Shown piece by piece: positions 58,217-64,000 of a DNA stretch of 64,000 bases; positions within the stretch are counted from its first letter, which is position 1, and each line of letters starts with the position of its first letter. The notes beneath the pieces were generated by a model. It saw only the letters and a list, made by a program, of their open reading frames with translations, had not been told where the DNA came from and did not search any database. Location of the stretch: the NCBI GenBank assembly GCA_008668795.1, contig RQBM01000202.1:6810-70809 (forward strand). The letters run 5' to 3'. Both the position numbers and the translations under genes were made by a program. The stretch comes from Collinsella aerofaciens (GTDB taxonomy: Bacteria; Actinomycetota; Coriobacteriia; Coriobacteriales; Coriobacteriaceae).

Positions 58217-58384
58217 GGTCGATTTGCTCCTTGCTGGGTTGATCGCAAAATCGTACAGGCTCTCTCCAGTATGCCACCTGCCGCTAGGGCTGGTAAAGTT
58301 GCCGTTTGCCGCTTGGGGTTTTGTTGCAAGGGCGGGGGAGTACACTCGGGGGTGTTGAATTTCCTGCCAGAGATGGGGATGCCC

Positions 58385-60022
58385 ATGCAACATATCGATC
58401 GGATTATCCGTTCCAAGAACGTCTTTACCGCGCAAGACGGCATCGATACCGCCCGCGAGCTGGCGATTGCCATCGCAGGCGACCGTATCGTCGCAGTCGG
58501 TGCGCCCGACGACGTGATCGCCGCCGCTTCTGCCGCCACGTCGGTTATCGACTACGGCGAACAGTTTGTCTGCCCCGGTTTCCATGACGCTCATCTGCAC
58601 TTCTTCCATACCTCGGTCGGCTCCTCGCCGTACATGCTCATGGATATGGGCACGTCCGAGGCGGCGCTGGTGCAACATGCGCTCGAGTTTTCCCGGGACC
58701 TGCCCGACGACGCTTGGGTTGTGACGCAGGGCTGGCGCGACTACCGTTGGGACCCGCCCGAGCATCCTACCAAGGCGTCGCTCGATGCGGCATTCCCCGA
58801 TCGTCCCTGCGTTATGTATTCGGGCGACGGACACACGCTTTGGCTCAACAGCCGCGCACTCGAGGCACTCGGCGTCACGCGCGACAGCGAGCCACCAGCA
58901 GGCGGCAGCTACGACAAGGACGCAAACGGCGAGCTCACGGGCATTGTTCACGAGGCGGCTGCCATGCAGCTGCTACCGCGCTGCCTTGAGTGGCTGGGGG
59001 AGGATCGCATCGCAAGTGCTTATGCCGATCAAATGAGGCGTATGGCCGAGCAGGGCATCACCTCGATATGCGATATGTCGCTCATGCCCATGCCGGGCTG
59101 CGATTTTATCCGCGACGACGTCTACGACAAACTGCAGGCAGCCAGCAAGCTGGGCATCCGCGCCCATCTGTTCCCCACGCTGCTGGATGACCAGTCGCGC
59201 TTGGAAGAGCTGCAGACCCGCTACGCGAACAACGCGCTGCTCTCGGCGCCTGGTTTTAAGCAGTTCTTCGACGGCGTGTCGAGCGAACACACGGCATATC
59301 TCACCGAGCCCTATACCAATCCGCGTTTCCCGGGCGACCGAGGCCGTCTGACAGTTCCTGCCGAGCGCATGCGTAAGCTGGTTCTGGCGGCCGCGGAGCG
59401 CGGCCACACCGTGCGCATCCACGTCATCGGCGACGGTGCCATCCATGCCGCGCTCGATATCTTTGAGGAGGCCGCCGAACTGTACGGCCTGCCCCAGCAC
59501 GGTCATAACACGCTCGAGCATCTGGAGAACCTCTTGCCCGAGGACATCGATCGTCTACGCAAGCTTAACGTCGTTGCCTCGAGCCAGCCCTGTCACATTA
59601 CACTCGACCCGGGCGGCCCCGAGCGCGATCTGGGCCTGGAGCGCAGCCGCATCATGTGGCCGTTTGCGACCTATAAGCAGCGCGGCATTCGCCAAGCCTT
59701 CGGTACCGACAGCCCTATCACAGCTGTTACCAGCATGAACGTGCTCTACACGGCTATCACGCGCCAGGACCCCAAAAGCCACTGGCCCGAGGGCGGCTGG
59801 CTGCCGAGCGAGCGCATCGATGCGGCAACGGCCCTGCGCAACTACACCCTGGGTAGCGCTTATGCAGCGGGCGACGAGCAAAACCTCGGCAGCTTGGAGC
59901 CCGGCAAGTATGCCGACCTGGTAGTCCTGGACCAAAACCCGCTCACCATCGACCCCCAAGAGCTCCAGGCCACAAAAGTTCAGGCCACCTACCTGGCAGG
60001 CAACTTGATTTACGAGCGCTAA
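58385..60022 (+). CDS. amidohydrolase_3 family protein (YtcJ-like)
   Basis: PGFHDAHLH, DGHTLWLNSRAL, HVIGD, EH, FGTDSP, GSLEPGKYADLVVL; start 58379 or 58385. Confidence 0.92.
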   Translation: MQHIDRIIRSKNVFTAQDGIDTARELAIAIAGDRIVAVGAPDDVIAAASAATSVIDYGEQFVCPGFHDAHLHFFHTSVGSSPYMLMDMGTSEAALVQHALEFSRDLPDDAWVVTQGWRDYRWDPPEHPTKASLDAAFPDRPCVMYSGDGHTLWLNSRALEALGVTRDSEPPAGGSYDKDANGELTGIVHEAAAMQLLPRCLEWLGEDRIASAYADQMRRMAEQGITSICDMSLMPMPGCDFIRDDVYDKLQAASKLGIRAHLFPTLLDDQSRLEELQTRYANNALLSAPGFKQFFDGVSSEHTAYLTEPYTNPRFPGDRGRLTVPAERMRKLVLAAAERGHTVRIHVIGDGAIHAALDIFEEAAELYGLPQHGHNTLEHLENLLPEDIDRLRKLNVVASSQPCHITLDPGGPERDLGLERSRIMWPFATYKQRGIRQAFGTDSPITAVTSMNVLYTAITRQDPKSHWPEGGWLPSERIDAATALRNYTLGSAYAAGDEQNLGSLEPGKYADLVVLDQNPLTIDPQELQATKVQATYLAGNLIYER

Positions 60023-60278
60023 TATTCATGTCGTACCGTTAAACGCGGCTCGCGCAGCCTATTTTGGGATGGCGCTCGAGCCGCGTTTGCGTTTTGGTGG
60101 GGATCCGCCATGAGCGTCCCTGCTCTGTTGGATTTGGGTGCGGGGCGGAGGTGCTGCTGCCCCGCGCTCAATTTGGACACCAGCAATGCTATCTCTTGGT
60201 GTTTTGCATACTTCCCATTACAGATTGAATAAAAAGGCTGGGATGTCCTTCCTGATCCTGATGTACCCCCGCCCGTGC

Positions 60279-60514
60279 CGTGCAAAAAACGGAGTATTCA
60301 GCACCGCGAGCTCTGCCGGTGCCGCTGCAGTCGGGTAGCATTGCGGAGATCGACGTCATTTTGGGGTCCGACGTGGCGCGAGGCATGCTTGTTTGTCTCG
60401 ACGAGGCCTGTCTGCCGACCCAAATCGCCGGTCGAAGGCTACCGTGGGACTAATTAGATGCGCCCGGTGCGTATGCATTTGTCCCGGCCTGCTGAAAACT
60501 CCCAAAAATGCACG
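60279..60514. mobile_element. MITE-like element, second copy of 9166-9368
   Basis: cgtgcaaaaaacggagtattcagca ... tgctgaaaactcccaaaaatgcacg. Confidence 0.55.
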
Positions 60515-60592
60515 GTGCTCCCCAGGGGACCCGTGCTCGCGACGAAAACCATGCCCATGTCGCTATCCGCATCGCCTTTTTGCTGCACTGAC

Positions 60593-60803
60593 TTTTCTGA
60601 ATGCCGGGCTCGAATTAGTTAACCTGCCTCCCGTGTGGCTCCGGAGGGGCGGGGCATAAGGTTTATCGCGAGTTCCACACGAGCCGAAGGCCACTTAATG
60701 TGGCCTTCGTGCGAGCAGGACTGCCCGAGCAGGAAACCTTATGCCCCGCCCCTCCGGAGCCACACGGGAGGCACTGCTAAGTTATCCCCCGGCATTCAGA
60801 AAA
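60593..60803. repeat. long hairpin element with a perfect 40-bp stem upstream of groES
   Basis: 60625-60664 / 60734-60773 perfect IR; outer 16-bp IR; apical gaaggccac-ttaat-gtggccttc. Confidence 0.85.
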
Positions 60804-60815
60804 TCTAAGTGCCAA
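60789..60815. promoter_or_regulatory. degenerate CIRCE (HrcA operator)
   Basis: ccGGCAtTC-N9-aAGTGCCAA versus consensus TTAGCACTC-N9-GAGTGCTAA, upstream of groES. Confidence 0.45.
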
Positions 60816-60940
60816 AAAATAAGATTTTTTGACTCTGTGTTGTATAACCCGCCATTCGTGGGTACCATTCAACGCGTACGCAAACAAAAAGGGTTAATTC
60901 GCGTGGTATAACCGCGCGGCCCAAAAAGGAGGAGACAAGC

Positions 60941-61234
60941 ATGTCGTCTTTGAAGCCGCTTGCAGATCGTGTTCTGGTCAAGCCCGACGAGGCCGAGCAG
61001 AAGACCGCTTCTGGTCTGTATATTGCCAGCAACGCTCAGGAGAAGCCGCAGCGTGGCACCATCGTTGCCGTGGGCGCCGGCAAGGTCAACGACAAGGGTG
61101 AGCGCATCCCCATGGACGTCAAGGTTGGCGACGTTGTCATCTACGGTAAGTTCGGTGGCAACGAGGTCAAGGTCGACGGCGAGAAGTATCTGCTGATGCG
61201 CGCCGACGACATCTACGCCGTCGTCGAGGCCTAG
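60941..61234 (+). CDS. groES: co-chaperonin GroES
   Basis: LKPLADRVLVK, TASGLYI, EKPQRGTIVAVGAG, KFGGNEVK. Confidence 0.98.
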   Translation: MSSLKPLADRVLVKPDEAEQKTASGLYIASNAQEKPQRGTIVAVGAGKVNDKGERIPMDVKVGDVVIYGKFGGNEVKVDGEKYLLMRADDIYAVVEA

Positions 61235-61252
61235 TCTCGTCAGAATCTCTGA

Positions 61253-62968
<1,716 letters not shown>

Positions 62969-62969
62969 G

Positions 62970-63161
62970 GCCGACAAGGTCTAGAACTCCCACCGGGAAT
63001 CCGGGGGCGTGACGGGGTTTCTCTCCGGAACGTCCTCGGACATGCAAAGAGGCTCCGCATCGCGCTTCGCGCTGCGGAGCCTCTTTGCGTCCTGCGGAAT
63101 GTTCCGGAGAGAAACCCCGTCACGCCCCCGGATTCCCTGCGTTTACGGCCTTGAGGTCGGC
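62970..63161 (+). repeat. long hairpin element directly after the groEL stop (same family as 9401-9585)
   Basis: ~37-bp perfect stem; CGTCCTCGGACATG (63031-63044), GCGCTTCGCG apex, CGTCCTGCGGAA (63088-63099). Confidence 0.85.
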
Positions 63162-63338
63162 GTGGGCGGAGATCGTGGCTGATGGGGATACGTGTCCCGG
63201 TCGCTGTTTCGCGGCTTTGCCGCGAAAGGCGCGTTACTTTGGGATGGGTGGGGAACGTGGTTGTTGCGGCAACTGATCTCCGCCACAAATTACCCTTGGC
63301 ATACTTGCGCGAAAACCTGCTCGTGCTACACTTGCAAT

Positions 63339-63527
63339 TGCTGTTTCAGGGCGGGGTGGAATTCCCCACTGGCGGTAAATCGGGCGGTGCCAAAGGGGTA
63401 CCGTGGCGCAGGTGAGATGCCTGCGACCGAGCCGATGAGTCCGCGACCCGTGTGTGCGTTGGTTCGCATGCCGGCTGAACTGGTGAGATCCCAGTACCAA
63501 CGGTTAGAGTCCGGATGAAAGAGGCAG
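63339..63527 (+). ncRNA. FMN riboswitch (RFN element)
   Basis: tcAGGGCGGGGTGGAATTCCCCACTGGCGGT...AGTCCGCGA...TGGTGAGATCCCAGTACCAACGGTTAGAGTCCGGATGAAAGAG. Confidence 0.95.
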
Positions 63528-63535
63528 GTGATCTT

Positions 63536-64000
63536 ATGTCTGAACAGTCGCAGCATATCCATTTTGAGAACACGAATAGGTGGAGCACCAAACAGCTCGT
63601 TACCATGGCGTTGATGTGCGCCTTGGGCGCCCTGTTTATGTACGTGCAGCTGCCTATCCTTCCTTCGGCGCCGTTTTTGACGTATGACCCGTCGCTGGTA
63701 CCGGCGATGGTGTGCGGGTTTGCGTATGGTCCTGGCGCCGGCACTGCTGTTGCCGCTATGGCTATCGTTATCCATGCGCTCACCACGGGTGACTGGGTCG
63801 GCGCGCTTATGAACCTGGTTGCCACGCTGGGCTACATTCTGCCTGCGGCTATCGTCTATCAGAAGATGCATACCTATAAGGGTGCCGTGATTGGCCTGGT
63901 GCTCGGCGTTATTGCCGCTACGGCGTTGTCTATGGTCGCAAACCTTACCATTGGCGTATGGTTCTGGTATGGCTCGGTCGATGTGATCGCCCCGCTCATG
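63536..64000 (+). CDS. ribU: ECF transporter S component, riboflavin (partial, runs off the window)
   Basis: MSEQSQHIHFENTNRWSTKQLVTMALMCALG..PFLTYDPSLVPAMVCGFAYGP; directly after the FMN riboswitch. Confidence 0.88.
   Translation, partial: MSEQSQHIHFENTNRWSTKQLVTMALMCALGALFMYVQLPILPSAPFLTYDPSLVPAMVCGFAYGPGAGTAVAAMAIVIHALTTGDWVGALMNLVATLGYILPAAIVYQKMHTYKGAVIGLVLGVIAATALSMVANLTIGVWFWYGSVDVIAPLM

Noticed and set aside
56774..58384. 1082-aa and 732-aa ORF-track extensions suggesting overlapping giant amidohydrolases
   Set aside because: Motif-bearing parts start at 58385 (+) and 58216 (-); the extensions are antisense read-through of the neighbouring gene
60853..60864. 12-nt identity (cattcgtgggta) between the groES promoter region and the antisense-RNA promoter
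   Set aside because: A single short match next to -10 boxes; probably chance

Overview
GC-rich chromosomal backbone of a gut anaerobic actinobacterium. Coriobacteriia, most likely Collinsella, is my inference from gene content and protein style. About 50 mostly housekeeping or metabolic genes are present: lysC-asd, ogt, ABC exporter, pfkA, an Ntn hydrolase, M18 aminopeptidase, map, GGDEF-REC-HD-GYP plus Hpt, a polar amino-acid ABC system, dxs, TetR plus a giant acyl-CoA dehydratase activase plus 3-hydroxyacyl-CoA dehydrogenase, a LAQTG surface protein, OPT, coaX, dCMP deaminase, nifU-like, lgt, yebC, amaP-DUF2273-asp23, amidohydrolases, groES-groEL, and an FMN riboswitch with ribU. I see no rRNA, tRNA, CRISPR array, integrase or transposase. 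The interesting signal is intergenic. (1) An unannotated 41-aa membrane-peptide type I toxin/antisense-RNA module has a LexA-like box over its promoter and sits between two identical palindromic repeats (29810-30276). (2) Those repeats belong to a dispersed GGGACAG-core palindrome family, including one exact chimera of two subfamilies crossed over in the core (24863-24898). (3) Long hairpins after pfkA and groEL share internal-loop motifs but have unrelated stems. (4) An abiF-type RNA lies in front of a truncated Abi_2/AbiF toxin fused to a chloride-channel remnant. (5) There are hidden gene remnants (PII, arylsulfotransferase) and a G9 tract in the surface-protein gene. All calls are from reading the sequence; no database searches were run.
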